Shown: positions 26,120 through 46,265 of the stretch, one piece after another
Position numbering within the stretch: the first letter of the stretch is position 1
Layout of the letters: every line of letters begins with the position of its first letter
Source: Octopus vulgaris
Lineage: Eukaryota
Length of the DNA stretch: 64,000 nucleotides
Reading direction: 5' to 3'
NCBI GenBank assembly: GCA_951406725.2
Contig: OX597840.1
Location: forward strand, 8,122,001-8,186,000
Notes under the pieces: model-generated
Database searches by the model: none
What the model saw: the letters and a program-made list of their open reading frames with translations, nothing else
What the model was told of the DNA's origin: nothing
Made by a program: the position numbers and the translations under genes

Positions 26120-26794
26120 TGTGTGTGTTTGTGTGTCTGTGTTTGTATCCCTGGCATTGCTTGACAACCGATGCTGGTGTGTTTATGTCCCCGTTTCTTA
26201 GCGGTTCGGCAAAAGAGACCGATAGAATAAGTACTGGGCTTACAAAAGAATAAGTCCCAGGGTCGAGTTGCTCGATTAAAGGCGGTGCTCCAGCATGGCC
26301 GCAGTCAAATGACTGAAACAAGTAAAAGAGTAAAAGAGTGTTCCTGATTTCATCTGACTGCTTCATTTAGAAAAGAAGTCCAAACTGTGTCCCCTAAACC
26401 CTCTGTGTCCACCTATTGTCTCTTCCACCACACTACAACATTGTCTTCTCAGAAGTAGCTATTTACATACCAGCCCCTTCTAAGCAAATTTGGCACACCC
26501 GTTTCTGCCCTCCTCATCACACATTCTATGTCTAAACCCCACTTTCCCTGTACTAACAACTATGCCCAATCCTTTCTCCACCCACCCAATGTCGACCCAC
26601 CCTCCAGAATTCCCTCGTTTGTCCACATTTATCTTGCAGCCATAAATCTCCCAATTAAACATCAATAATAAGAATGTGACCATCCAGTCTTGGAAGGACT
26701 AAGAGGTTTATGGGTACTGTCCCGTCTTTCTCACTCATCCATAAAATTAGAAAACCACAACTCAGTTGACATTGTTCTAGAATATTCGTCTTAC

Positions 26795-26919
26795 CAGAAC
26801 TGTTGTACCCAAGGTGGACTTTGCCATGTTGTTGATCTGCAGGACTTGTTGTTTTGTCTCATTCGTCTTTGGAATGGCCATATTGAGTAACGAAGTTTCG
26901 TTCTGAACAACGGCCGGAG
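26795..26919 (-). CDS. Exon 4 of minus-strand VWA-domain gene
   Basis: tgttttcag|CT CCG...GTT CTG|gtaag, 125 nt; phase 1/0 bridges exons 3 and 5. Encodes (A)PAVVQNETSLLNMAIPKTNETKQQVLQINNMAKSTLGTTVL. Confidence 0.8.
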
Positions 26920-27505
26920 CTGAAAACAGAAGGTAACATTTAAGAAAACATAATATAGCAGTTAAATACAATACAATACAATACCATACCATACCATACC
27001 ATATGGTATATCATATAATATAATATAATATAACTAGCAGTACAGCCTGGCTTTGCGTGGACTGAACCCGGAACCATGTGGTTCGTAAGCAAGCTACTTA
27101 CCACACAGCCACTCCTATGCCTATACACACACACACACACACATATATATATAATCAGGAAAAAAAACACTTATTATCAATTCAAAATGAACAATTAAAT
27201 TACACCATCTAGAAAATTACATATAATAGAAATATTAAAATTAAAATAACAATAAAATAATTAAGTAATAAATATACTTTAATATATATATATATAGCCT
27301 CGTCTGGCACCTGTGTCGGTGGCACATAAAATCAGCCACTACACTCTCGGAGTGGTTGGCGTTAGGAAGGGCATCCAGCTGTAGAAACACTGCCAGATCT
27401 GACTGGCCTGGTGCAGCCTTCGGGCTTGCCAGACCCCAGTTGAACCGTCCAACCCATGCTAGCATGGAAAGCGGACGTTAAACGATGATGATGATGATGA
27501 TGATG

Positions 27506-27548
<43 letters not shown>

Positions 27549-28704
27549 AGTGCCACACTCTAGCAGTTGAGGGAACCTGTGGAAGAGGTAGACCCAGGAA
27601 GACCCAGGAAGACCTGGGATGAGATGGTGAAGCATGACCTTCAAACACTGGACCTCACCGAGGCAATGACTAGTGACCGGGACCCCTGGAAATATGCTGT
27701 GCTTGAGAAGACTTGGCAAGCGCAACTGAGACCATAACCTTGTGGCCTATGCCAGGGGTGTAACCGGCCCACTTATGCCTGCTTTTCCTTCATTGGACAC
27801 TAAACTCTGCTTGCAAAATCTTGTTGAGGCTAGTTAAAATCAAAATCGAATTCGATGACTGGCATCCGTGCTAGTGGAGCGCTAAGAGAACCATACGAGT
27901 GAGATGGGGGCCAGAGCAACAAGCTGGCCTCCGAGCCGATGGCACATTAAAAACATCATTTGAGCGCGATCATTACCTGTGTTGCCTTACTAGCACTTGT
28001 GCTGGTGGCATGTGAAAAAACATTCGAGCGAGGTCATTGCCAGTGCCTCATTTAACTGTGACCAGCTCCATGGCCCCTGGCTACAAGTTCGGCCTGAAGG
28101 AAATATATATACTCTTTTACTCTTTTACTTGTTTCAGTCACTTCACTGCGGCCATGCTGGAGCACCGCCTTTAGTCGAGCAAACTCGACCCCGGGACTTA
28201 TTCTTTTGTAAGCCCAGTACTTATTCTATCGGTCTCTTTTGCCGAACCGCTAAGTGACGGGGACGTAAACACACCAGCATCGGTTGTCAAGCAATGCTAG
28301 GGAGACAAACACATACACACACATATATATATATATATACATACATATATACGACAGGCTTCTTTCAGTTTCCGTCTACCAAATCCACTCACAAGGCATT
28401 GGTCGGCCCGGGGCTATAGCAGAAGACACTTGCCCAAGATGCTACGCAGAGGGACTGAACCCGGAACAATATGGTTGGTTAGCAAGCTACTTACCACACA
28501 GCCACTCCTGCGCCTATATATATATATACTTAATTCACTGACCCCGAAAAGATGAAAGACAAAGTCGACCTTGATGGAATTTGAGCTCAGAACATAGTTG
28601 CAGACGAAATACTGCTAAGCATCTCGCCCGGTGTGCTAACGATTCTGCCAGCTCACCGCCTACCACCACCACTGATAATGACAATTATTAGACGGCAGAC
28701 TTAC

Positions 28705-29262
28705 CTTCACAGGAATCAGATTCAATTTCCCTCACAATAAAATCAATCTCATTATAATCTTTCAAGTTGATGAAATGTGTACAACTGGGTTCACTTGCTG
28801 CTGCAGTTAACTCAGACGCACTTGGATTGACAACTCCAATTGTAAATATAGTGACGCCGTCATCTTTCAGTTTCTGAGCTGCCGCTACTGTTCTCGTTTC
28901 GCTCTCTGACTTTCCATCTGTGACCAAAACTAAAACTTTTGCAGCAACAGATTTTCTTGTATTTGTAAAGACACTGGTACGTGCTAAGTCAAGAGCTTCA
29001 TCCGTGTGAGTAAACCCTTCATTATAAGTTATATCGTCAATAGCCTTTCTTACTGCAGAGTTCGTACTGTGGTCACTTAAGGAAAATGATACGTGAGGAT
29101 TGGTTGAAAATCTAATCACTGCAACACGTGTCTTATCTGGACCAATGTCTAGATTACGCACAATATTTTCTAAGAAGATTTTTGTCTTATTAAAGTCCTG
29201 CTCTCCAACACTTCCGGATGAATCAATAACGAAAACAAGGTCGATCTGGGCACTGGCGCAAT
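28705..29262 (-). CDS. Exon 3: von Willebrand factor A (integrin I-like/matrilin-type) domain
   Basis: ttttccag|AT...GAAG|gtaag, 558 nt, symmetric phase 1/1. CASAQIDLVFVIDSSGSVGEQDF (MIDAS DxSxS), GFTHT, VLVLVTDGKS, GVTIFTIGV are canonical VWA motifs. Confidence 0.95.
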
Positions 29263-29359
29263 CTGGAAAAAATATTTAAAACAAACTTATGTTTATAGGT
29301 CTGTAAATATATAATTCTTATTAAATTTATGCATTTGATTGTTTTTAAATTACAGCTGC

Positions 29360-31235
29360 AAGAATAAAAATAGGATGGAGAAAATTCAGAGCCATTACAC
29401 TTACGGGCAACAAAAGATCTCTCTGCATAAAAATGCAGATTGTAAGATTTTTGTGGATGAAGAGCAATGCTACATGGTAGTGAAAAATGGGCCATGAATG
29501 AAAAGGACATCCGAAGACTAGAGAGGAATGAAGTTAGTATGCTCTGTTGGATGTCCAACATCAGTGTGCATGTATGATAAAGTGCTTGTGTATTGAGAAA
29601 AAATTAGGCATAAGAGGGAGTGTGGAAAAGAGACGACTGTGTTGGTTTGGGCATGTGATGTGTATGGATGAAGACAGTTGCATAAAGAAGTGGCTGTCGC
29701 TTAAACTAGATGGAATTGTGAGAGAAGAGACATGAGATGTGGTAAAGAGGGAACTGTGATGGTTTGGACATGTGATGTGTATTGATGAAGAGAGTAGCAT
29801 AAAGAAGTGGCTGTCACTTAAAATGGATGGAACATGTGGAAGTAGAAGAAACATGAGATGTAGGAAAGGAGGTACTGTGTTAGTTTGGGCATGTGATGTG
29901 TATGAATGAAGACAGTTGCATAAAGAAGTGGCTGTCACTTAAAATGGACAGAACTTGTGGAAGAAGAAACATGAGATGTGGTAAAGAGGGTACTGTGATG
30001 GTTTGGACATGTGATGTATATGGCTGAATACAGTTGTATAAAGAAGAGGCTGTCGTCTAAAATGGATGGAACTTGCGGAAGGAGAAGAGATATGAGATGT
30101 GCAAAAGAAGGGACTGTGATGGTTTGGACATGTGATGGGTATTGATGAAGAGAGCAGCATAAAGAAGTGGCTGTCGCTTAAATTAGATAGAACATGTGGA
30201 AGAAGAAACATGAGATGTGGGAAAGGAGGTACTGTGTTAGTTTGGGCATGTGGTGTGTATGAATGAAGACAGTTGCATAAAGAAGTGGCCGTCACTTAAA
30301 ATGGATGGAACATGTAGAAGAAGAGACATGGGAAAGAGGGGACTTTATTAGTTTGGACATGTGATGTATATGGCTGAATCTCTCTCTATTCGCTCAGTCG
30401 AAGTCGACGCTCGGTCACTCGTTGGATCAGTGTCCTCCAGTCAGTTCTATCTTGGGCCGCTTCCTTCAGATTGGTCATGTCCATTCCGGTATCACTCCTG
30501 ATGGTGTCAAGCCAGCGGGTTCTTGGTCGGCCTCTTCCTCTCTTGCCACTGACCATTCCGAGCATGATGTCCTTCTCCAGGGATTCTCTCCGCATAATAT
30601 GACCAAAATATGCCAATCTACGCTTGGTGATCCTAGCTTCTAGCGACATTTTCGGCCTGATCTGCTTAAGAACTTCTCCATTGGTTGGCCTCTTCCTCTC
30701 TTGCCACTGACCATTCCGAGCATGATGTCCTTCTCCAGGAATTCTCTCCGCATAATATGACCAAAATATGCCACTCTACGCTTGGTGATCCTAGCTTCTA
30801 GCGACATTTTCGGCCTGATCTGCTTAAGAACCTCTCCATTGGTGAGCCTCGCTGTCCATGGAATCCGCAATATGGCTGAATACAGTTGTATAAAGAAAAG
30901 GCTGTCGTCTAAAATGGACGGACTTGCGGAAGGAGAAGAGACATGAGACGTGGAAAAGAAGGGACTGTGTTGGTTTGGACATGTGATGTTTTTGGATGAA
31001 AGTGGGTACATAAAGATGTGGCCATCACTTAAAATGGATGGAACTTGTGGAAAGAGAAGAGACATGTGGAAAAGAGGGGAGTATGTTATGTTTGGTTATG
31101 TGATGTCTATGGATGAATGCAGTTGTGTAAAGAAGCGGATGTCGCTCAAAATGGATGGAACTTATGAAAGAAGAGGCATGAGATGAAGTAGTGATGGCTG
31201 ATCTCAAGATGTTGGGTCTTATGGAAGAGATGACA
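29360..31235 (+). repeat. Decayed RTE-like LINE whose WFGHVM-coding segment is amplified as a ~119-bp tandem repeat
   Basis: Unique LINE-like region from ~29360 (AMLHGSEKWAM...RRLERNE), then repeated GGTTTGG(A/G)CATGTGATG units at ~119-nt spacing. Confidence 0.75.
30380..30869 (-). mobile_element. RTE-type LINE 3' fragment with internal duplication and 12-bp TSD
   Basis: LRIPWTARLTN...RRLAYFGHIMRR...GRGRPRTRWLD. TSD ATATGGCTGAAT at 30368-30379 and 30870-30881. Confidence 0.88.
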
Positions 31236-32092
31236 AATGACAATTGGTGATTAACTCTGCTTCAAAAGGTCTGTCTATATGGGGTCCTAAAAAGATTTTC
31301 TCTCTACTTGTACTTCCCAGTCATGTACTCCCCATATCTCATCTCCCAACCTATTTCTTTACTGCCCACAAGGGGCTAAACACTGAGGGGACAAACAAGG
31401 ACAGAAAAAGGGATTAAGTTGATTACATCAACCCCAGTGGGAAACTGTTCCTCTATCGACCCCGAAAGGATGAAAGGTAAAGTCGACCTCGGTGGAATTT
31501 GAACTCAGAACGTAATGACAGACGAAATACGGCTATGCATTTCGCCCGGCATGCTAACGATTTTGCCAGCTCACCGCCTGACTATAAAAATAGCACCAAT
31601 AATGCTTCTCCCTGGAGGCAAGGCCAAACAGCATTCCATTTAGCCGAAATCTACTCCTCATTAATTGGGGTGTAACCCTGTCTGTAATTTTATACTTGCT
31701 TGTAAAACTCTATACTTGCTTCTAAGACATCTCCCTTACCCTTGTAGCAGCTAACAATAATACTGCTGCACCAGCCACTGGGTATTTCGACTTCCTAAAT
31801 AACCTGAGTAACCATGCGGGTGACAAGCCCGTATCCTACCCTACCATATATTTTGAACATCTTAGCAATGACGTTCAAAAAACAGAGGGACCAGCTGTTT
31901 TATACATATATATACATATATATATATACATATATACATATATATATATATTATATATACATATATATATATACACATATATATATACACATATATATAT
32001 ATACACATATATATATACATATATATATATATTATATAAATATATATATATATGTATATATACACACACACACACACATATATGTATATGTG

Positions 32093-32400
32093 GAGGCGCA
32101 ATGGTCCAGTGGTTAGGGCAGCGGACTTTCAGTCATAGGATCGCGGTTTCGATTCCCAGACTGGGTGTTGTGAGTGTTTATCGAGTGAAAACACCTAAAG
32201 CACCACGAGGCTCCGGCAGGGTGGTGGTGCCGAACCCTGCTGTACTCTTTCGCCACAACTTTCTCTCACTCCTTCTTCTGTTGGCCTGCTCACTTAGCTA
32301 GCGGGGTGGCATCATTCGAAGGCTAAAACAATGCGAACCTATTGTGACCAGCGATGTGTAGCAACATCTGATAGTCTGGTCAGTCACATGATCACATGAT
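32093..32400 (+). mobile_element. Third tRNA-derived SINE-like element
   Basis: GAGGCGCAATGGTCCAGTGGTTAGG (A box) ... GGTTTCGATTCC (B box); (ATCACATG)n-like tail. Confidence 0.6.
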
Positions 32401-32577
32401 CATGATTGATCATTAGCCACTACACACATTTTTTTCTCTCCTTGTTTTCTCTGTGTACCTTTCTGTAGAAGAGCGTAGGCTCAAAACGTAAAAGACTTTT
32501 TCTATTCCTGAGCATTATACTAATACATCTGTTTGTTTTGTACACCACCTGTCTTTGTTTTTTGTTTTTTTCGTAAA

Positions 32578-32615
<38 letters not shown>

Positions 32616-32924
32616 ATATATATATATATATATATATATAGATATAAAATTGAATAAGGGTAGAAATTGATATTAATCAATTAAAACCAGTGGCCTAGCA
32701 TATTAAAAAAATCTGAAGATTAAAATATTTTTTACATACAAAATTTAAAGGACTGACCACTAAAAGTGGACGGTCAATATGCTAGATATAGACGTCAAAA
32801 ACACTGCATTCTGTGATCCGATCCGGAATAAACTTGTTATTTGTACTTCAATGCTCGGTCCTCCTCACCAGGTCCTCACATGTCAAATATCTCGCATGCA
32901 ATTCTAAACAACATCTCTACTTAC

Positions 32925-33213
32925 CATTCCTCTGTTCTAATTTCTTTGCAGAATCTACGAAGACTTCCCTCGCGCCATCTGGGTTGATATGCTGGACCCA
33001 GTAATCTGCTTGCCCTTGTTTATCGACTGCGATTGGCGCTTGTAAGTTTAAGATAAACAAGCTCATTACCAGTCCAGAATATAGGGGTTTTTGTAGGTCG
33101 GACACTGTTACGGTTGATACAGCAACGTTCAACTCTGTTTGGACATTAATACAGTTTGTTCTCAGTATACCTTTGCAAGCATCTTTGACAGTTGTCAGTT
33201 GGGCTTCGGTTAC
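32925..33213 (-). CDS. Exon 2 of minus-strand VWA-domain gene (second half of N-terminal domain)
   Basis: tttctgtag|GTA ACC...AAT G|gtaag, 289 nt, phase 0/1. Encodes VTEAQLTTVKDACKG...DLQKPLYSGLVMSLF...QADYWVQHIN...LEQRN. Confidence 0.87.
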
Positions 33214-34425
33214 CTACAGAAATAAAAGACAAAAGCATTATTACCCAACTTATACCTACTTCTTTACTGCCCACAAGGGGCTAAACACAGAGGGGACAAA
33301 CAATGACAGACAAACGGGTTAAATCGATTACATCGACCCCAGTGCGTAACAGGTCCTTAATTTATCGACCCCGAAAGGATGGAAGGGAAAAGTCAACCTC
33401 GGCAAAATTTGAACACAGAACGTAACGGCAGACGAAAAACAAGGACAGACAAATGGGTTAAGTCGATTACATCGACCCCAATGCGTAACAGGTCCTTAAT
33501 TTATCGACCCCGAAAGGATGAAAGGCAAAGACGACCTCGGCCGAATTTTGAAGTCGGAACGTAACGGCAAACGAAATACCTATTTCTTTACTTCCCACAA
33601 GGGGCTAAATACAGAGGGGACAAACAAGGACAGACAAACGGGTTAAGTCGATTACATCGACCCCAGTGTGTAACAGGTCCTTAATTTATCGACCCCGAAA
33701 GGATGAAAGGCAAAGTCGACCTCGGCCGAATTTTGAACTCAGAACGTAGCGGCAGACGAAATACGGCTACACATTTCGCCCGGTGTGCTAACGTTTCTGC
33801 CAGTTTCAGACAAAAGCATTATTACCCAACTTATAACAGAAGATGTAACACTCAATGATTGGCATAGCAGTATCTTTGTAAAGTGCAACAAAGACAAAAC
33901 AGATGCCTTCGAAAGAGCAAACCATAGAAGAATCAAACCATTGGATCAAGGTATAAAGATCACGAAGGCGCAGGAATGGCTGTGTGGTAAGTAGCTTGCT
34001 TACCAACCACATGGTTCCGGGTTCAGTCCCACTGCGTGGCACCTTGGGCAAGTGTCTTCTACTATAGCCTCTGGCTGACCAAAGCCTTGTGAGTGGATTT
34101 GGTAGACGGAAACTGAAAGAAGCCTGTCGTATATAGGTATATATATATGTGTGTGTGTCTGTGTTTGTCCCCCTAGCATTTTATGGCCTTAGAACCTTGA
34201 TTAAAAGCAAAAAGAAGGAGGTGTCGAAAATGCTTGTTTTTCTTAACTTGACATTCCATTTTAATGATCTCAAAATAAACAAAAATTAGCTAAAATTAAC
34301 TAGAGGCGCAGGAGTGGCTGTGTGGTAAGTAGCTTGTTTACCAACCACATACTTCTGCTATAGCCTCGGGCCGACCAAAGCCTTGTGAGTGGATTTGGTA
34401 GGTGGAAACTGAAAGAAACCGTCGT

Positions 34426-34458
<33 letters not shown>

Positions 34459-35206
34459 GTTTAACATCCGTTTCCCATGCTAGCATGGGTTGGACGGTTT
34501 TACTGGGGTCTGGGAAGCCAGAAGGCTGCGCCAGGCCCAGTCTGATCTGGCAGTGTTTCTACAGCTGGATGCCCTTCCTAACGCCAACCACTCCGAGAGT
34601 GTAGTGGGTGCTTTTTACGTGCCACCGGCACAGGTGCCAGGGGAGTCTGGCAGCGGCCACAACTGGTTGGTGCTTTTAACGTGCCACCAGCACGGAAACC
34701 AGTCGAGACGGCGCTGGCATCGGCCACGTTCGGATGGTGCTTTTTATGTGCTTTTCTCCTAATCCTACAGAGCATCACAGAGGAGTGTAAGATAGGTTAT
34801 CCACTGGGACTCCTTTATGCTGATGGCTTAGTTCCCATAGATCAACAGGCGAATTAAAGAGGAAATTCTAAGAATAGACTTGAGAGGTTTTCGAATAAAC
34901 TTAGCAAAGATGAATGTTTTAGTAAGGAGAAAAGACAGGATACTTGTTCACTTAAATATTACTCTCTTTTACTTGTTTCAGTCATTTGACTGTGGCCATG
35001 CTGGAGCACCTCCTTTAATCGAGCAACTCGACCCCGGGACTTATTCTTTGTTAGCCCGGTACTTATTCTATCAGTCTCTTTTTGCTGAACCACTAAGTGA
35101 CGGGGACATAAACACACCAGCATCGGTTGTCAAGCAATGCTAGGGGGAAAAACACAGACACACAAACACACACATGCATATATATATATATAAATATATA
35201 TATATA

Positions 35207-41087
<5,881 letters not shown>

Positions 41088-41909
41088 CAAGATAAGAAAA
41101 TGGAGAAATACATCTAAATCAAATATCAATTACCAAATAATACTCAATCACATACTTTATTAAACCACCACATAAGAGACTGTAGGGTTAAATATAAAAA
41201 GCAGAACAAATCAGTGTACATAGAGGAAAGTACATAAAAAAGTGTACATAAAAGAGTAATGTTGTATAATAAGTAGAATATATATTGGATATATGTTATC
41301 CCATGGAGGGTTGCATTTACAACCCGTATCTCAATTTGTATATATATAAAATATATATATATATATACAATATATATATATATATATATACTTTATATAA
41401 ATAATAATAAATATTAGGGAATAAATCCAAATTTACAGGGAAAAATCTGATTTAGGATTGAATCCAATTTTATAGTAAAATATTATATTATATTATATTA
41501 GAGACAAAACCACTATTATGCAAATCAAACAAAGAAAGACTTAAGCCAATACATAAAATAATTTATATAATTTATATATAATATAATATATTATATATAT
41601 ATATATATACATATATACGACGGGCTACTTTCAGTTTCCGTCTACCAAATCCACTCACAAGGCTTTGCTCGGCCCGAGCTTATAGTAGAAGACATTTGCC
41701 CAAGGTGCCATGCAGTGGGACTGGTTGGTAAGCAAGCTACTTACCACACAGCCACTCCTGCGCCTATATAGATATGATTATATATAGATATATAGATATG
41801 ATTTATACACGCACACACACACATGTCCATGCAGAAACACAAAAACACACACACCCAATATATCTTTCATCTGGAAACACATCAGGAACTAATATCTGTA
41901 TATATATGG

Positions 41910-41948
<39 letters not shown>

Positions 41949-42221
41949 CTCTTCTGTTTGTAATTATTTGAAACCTTCTGCAAGGAAAGAGCTGGTTTCT
42001 AACAAAGATACTAAGCTCCATCGTCGGAATATAGAAAACGAAAATAATGTCACGTTTTAATACTTCGGAAAAGTCTTGCGTATTTTTATTGTTCCACTTA
42101 CAGATAGTCTTTGTAATGTACAAGTTAGTTGATTGATTTCTTTTTCTAAAAAACCCAGCTTATAAACATTATCACTTCGGCATTTACTCAAAAATTAAGG
42201 GCACCAATTATTTCTCTGAGT

Positions 42222-42575
42222 ACCTTTTCAAACTCCACCCGTCTAACACCCGTGGACATATTTACAAAGTCAGAAAACAGCACAGCTCCCATGACTTTAT
42301 GAAACATTTTTTTCACGCTAAGAGTTGTTGAAGCATGGAACAAACTGCTGGCATCAGTTGTTAGTTGTCGGAGCACTGCATCCTTCGAAATTTCCATGCT
42401 TCCTGAGATTCACCAACTCTACACCTGATTTTCTCCCCTCCATACACACACAAGCATGTATCTGACTCATACACTGTTCACTTCCCAGACATTTGTACAT
42501 TACTGCATATACTTTATACGCACTTTCTGACAGGTTGTGGTGCACCTGAGCACTGTATACAATAATTTCATTATT
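42222..42575 (+). mobile_element. CR1-type 3' fragment (second copy ~53900-54258)
   Basis: Same sequence family as 4530-4890. Confidence 0.85.
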
Positions 42576-43430
42576 TTTTTTTTTTTTTATTATTGATATA
42601 AATATGAATTTGCAATCTGGATATAGAAGTTGGTTTCAAGGCAGCAGTTGTCCATAGTTATCTTCTTTCTCTGAGATTTTCAAAGAGATATTCATATTAA
42701 CAGGGCAGCTAACCTCTATGACGGTACACACTTTTTCTGGTCGGTACAAAACAACAATATCTGGGTTCTTTTTGTTTACATTTAACAGAAGTTTTGATGA
42801 CAATGCTCCACTAATATTCCTAAATGTATGTATTCAATAACAGAGAGATTCTAGTTATCTTCTTTATATATAAAAGTGAGGTTGGTGTTTGTCTGTCTCC
42901 TACGATTTAGATTCCTAACTACTCCCACATTTTGCGGTGCAGTTTAACCAAAACCGGGTATCTTATAGTCGTGATTCATATCGAGCCCTTCTGGGTATTA
43001 GTGCGCGTCTATGATGAGTTCTACGATTCAAAAAAAATTTACCATCAATTTTTCCCATTTTTAGTGCATTTTTGGCATATATAAGGGAAGTAACTCTCTA
43101 AAAATTTATTATTAAATCTCAGAACGTAAAAAGCTACAGTAACACCGCCCCCCTTTGTGGTTAGCCATATTGAGATGGCTATTATACTTTACATCTCTAA
43201 AAATGCTTATATAGTTATTTCCCTTACAAACCCAAGCAACGCCGGGCGATACTGCTAGTTTATTCTAAAACAGTCTTTATCTGAATGGCAGAGGGAAGTT
43301 GTCCATTGATGACATTTTGGGGAAGTTACTCAAAACAAGCGTGATATGTTTGTATGTATATGTGTGTGCATGTGTACTTCTCTGTATGTGAGTGTGTGCC
43401 TGTGTGTATATTAGCAAATCTGGTACTTAC

Positions 43431-43658
43431 CCTCCATATTCCACCCGTTCTTGCTTGGATAGACTCCATCTGGGCCTCTGCCAACCGTCTCAGGAAATAA
43501 TTGTCTTGTGCCAGAATACATTTTGTTCTGATTTTTCTTATGGTTGCATCGATGACGACATTACTGGTTTCACCAGGTTTCAGGGTCAAATCCATGGCAT
43601 AGACGTGTCTGGCAATGCCAAGACAAATGCCCACAAGCAGAAGATATCCGATGGTCAT
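43431..43658 (-). CDS. Exon 1 of minus-strand VWA-domain gene (signal peptide plus start of N-terminal domain)
   Basis: ATG; MTIGYLLLVGICLGIARHVYA is signal-peptide-like; ends ...FLRRLAEAQ...GGIWR|gtaagt. 228 nt; phase 0 matches exon 2. Confidence 0.87.
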
Positions 43659-43755
43659 GGCTGGAAATGTTTTCGTTTCTTCTGAAGCGATAAAAGTTAG
43701 GCAGCAGATCGCGATCGTGAACTAGTCGTTTGGAATCCTATCCTCAACTTTACTC

Positions 43756-43762
43756 TTTTATA
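43756..43762 (-). promoter_or_regulatory. Candidate TATA box for the VWA gene
   Basis: TATAAAA(G) on the minus strand ~100 nt upstream of the ATG; also present in the second copy at 55436-55442. Confidence 0.45.
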
Positions 43763-43885
43763 TGTGAAGAACTTTTCTCAGAAATTCTAAAAATTGTGGG
43801 AAGAACTTAGTAATAACAAGTAGGAGTGACGCCTATTGAATTGCACCATATATAATAATACATACTAGAATGTCTGCTACATGGG

Positions 43886-43920
<35 letters not shown>

Positions 43921-44303
43921 CGAATGGAACAATGCATAGAAATCCAACTGGTTGAAAAATAAGCTTATGACAAATAAAGTTTGAAGATTCAAAAGGAAGT
44001 TTTCAAAATACAGATTTAAAAGAGAAAATAATGTGTGATGCAAAACCTCTTCAACTTCTCCTTCACTTCTCCTCGTTTACTCTCTTTTACTCTTTTACTT
44101 GTTTCAGTCATCTGACTGTGGCCATGCTGGAGCACCGTCTTTTTAGTCGATCAAATCGACCCTGGGACTTATTCTTTTTGTAAGCCCAGTACTTATTCTA
44201 TCGGTGTCTTTTGCTAAACCACTAAGTAACGGGGACATAAACACACCAGCATCGGTTGTCAAGCAATGCTAGGGGTACAAACACAGACACACAAACACAC
44301 ACA

Positions 44304-44369
<66 letters not shown>

Positions 44370-45409
44370 TACTACGGGCTTCTTTCAGTTTCCATCTACC
44401 AAATCGACTCATAAGGCTTTGGTCGGCCCAAAGCTATAGTAGAAGACACTTGCCCAAGGTGCCATGCAGACACACAAACATATACACACACATACACATA
44501 TATCTATATATATACATATATACGACGGGCTTCTTTCAGTTTCCGTCTACCAAATCCACTCACAAGGCTTTGGTCGGCCCGAGGCTATAGTAGAAGACAC
44601 TTGCCCAAGGTGCCACGCAGTGGGACTGAACCCACAACCATGTGGTTGGTATTTAAAATACAATAAAGGTAAGCATACAAGGAGGTTTAATTTTCTATAA
44701 TAGGTTAGTGGGTAAGAAAAATTCTTTGAGGGTCACAGATATGAAAGCTTTAAATATTTGTGAATAGCAAAGTTTGAAACTTAAAGGATGTGTGGAAGGT
44801 AATTCTATTTAAATTTATTATTACCTGTATGTTTTAATAAATACTAGCACTATGACCTGGCAACGCCGGGTCATAGTGCTAGTACATGCATATACAGCTG
44901 CGTGTGTGTGCACATACACACGAGTACTGTCCAAATCTCCGACCAATCACATACAGCTAGCTGGCATTCAATTGGCGTATCAAGTTTCGGGCATTTTGAT
45001 TGGGTTGTGGATAGAAAATTCACAAAAAGTCACTTCTATTGATTTTTAATGGTTTTGCTGGGTGACTGGGGAAATGTAAAGATGTGCACGACCACCCTTG
45101 GACGGTTTTGAATGACCATAGAAAGTGCAAGCTCTCTAACTGAAAAATTGCGGATTTGTATAAAGGACACACACACAGACATTTTGTTGTTTATATATTC
45201 TTTTTACTCTTTTACTTGTTTCAGTCATTTGACAGCGGCCATGCTGGAGCACCGCCTTTAGTCGAGCAACTTGACCCCGGGACTTATTCTTTGTAAGCCC
45301 AGTACTTATTCTATCGGTCTCTTTTGCCGAACTGCTAAGTGATGGGGACGTAAACACACCAGCATCAGTTGTCAAGCAATGCTAGGGGGACAAACACAGA
45401 CACACAAAG

Positions 45410-45458
<49 letters not shown>

Positions 45459-46193
45459 TACGACAGGCTTCTTTCAGTTTCCGTCTACCAAATCCACTCA
45501 CAAGGCATTCGTCGGCCCAGGGCTATAGCAGAAGACACTTGCCCAAGATGCCACGCAGTGGGACTGAACCCGGAACCATGTGGTTGGTTAGCAAGCTACT
45601 TACCACACAGCCTGCTCATTAAAATCCATACTATAATAAAGGATACAAAGCAGAATATATAGTGATGTTTCAAAATAATTATATGCACTGAAAACACCTC
45701 ACCACTTTCAAAAACTTACAAGCGGGGAAGTTTCTTCAGAAATAAGGTCGTTTAACTGTTGTTTCTAGCATGTCAGGTTTTCTGGCATTTTTAAGTTTAC
45801 TATTTCAGTAGAATTCTAAACATGCAGCAAATATTGAAAGATTGGAAGATTTTAGCTTTATGAAAGCTGGTAGGTGATGGGTGGGCGAGGTGGGAGAAGG
45901 GGTATTGAGTGTTTCTTTAAGAAAAATTAAACTATAATAAATGTATATATATATATATATATATATACACCACTCCCACTTTTGCTATATATATGTATAT
46001 ATATATATATATAGCAAAAGAGGGAGTGGTGTTTCCATGCAGGAAATGTGGTAAGTAGCTTACTAACCAACCACATGGTTCCAGGTTCAGTCCCACTGCA
46101 TGGCATCTTGGGCAAGTGTCTTCTGCTATAGCCCTGGGCCGACCAATGCCTTGTGAGTGGATTTGCTAGACAGAAACTGAAAGAAGCCTGTCG

Positions 46194-46265
<72 letters not shown>

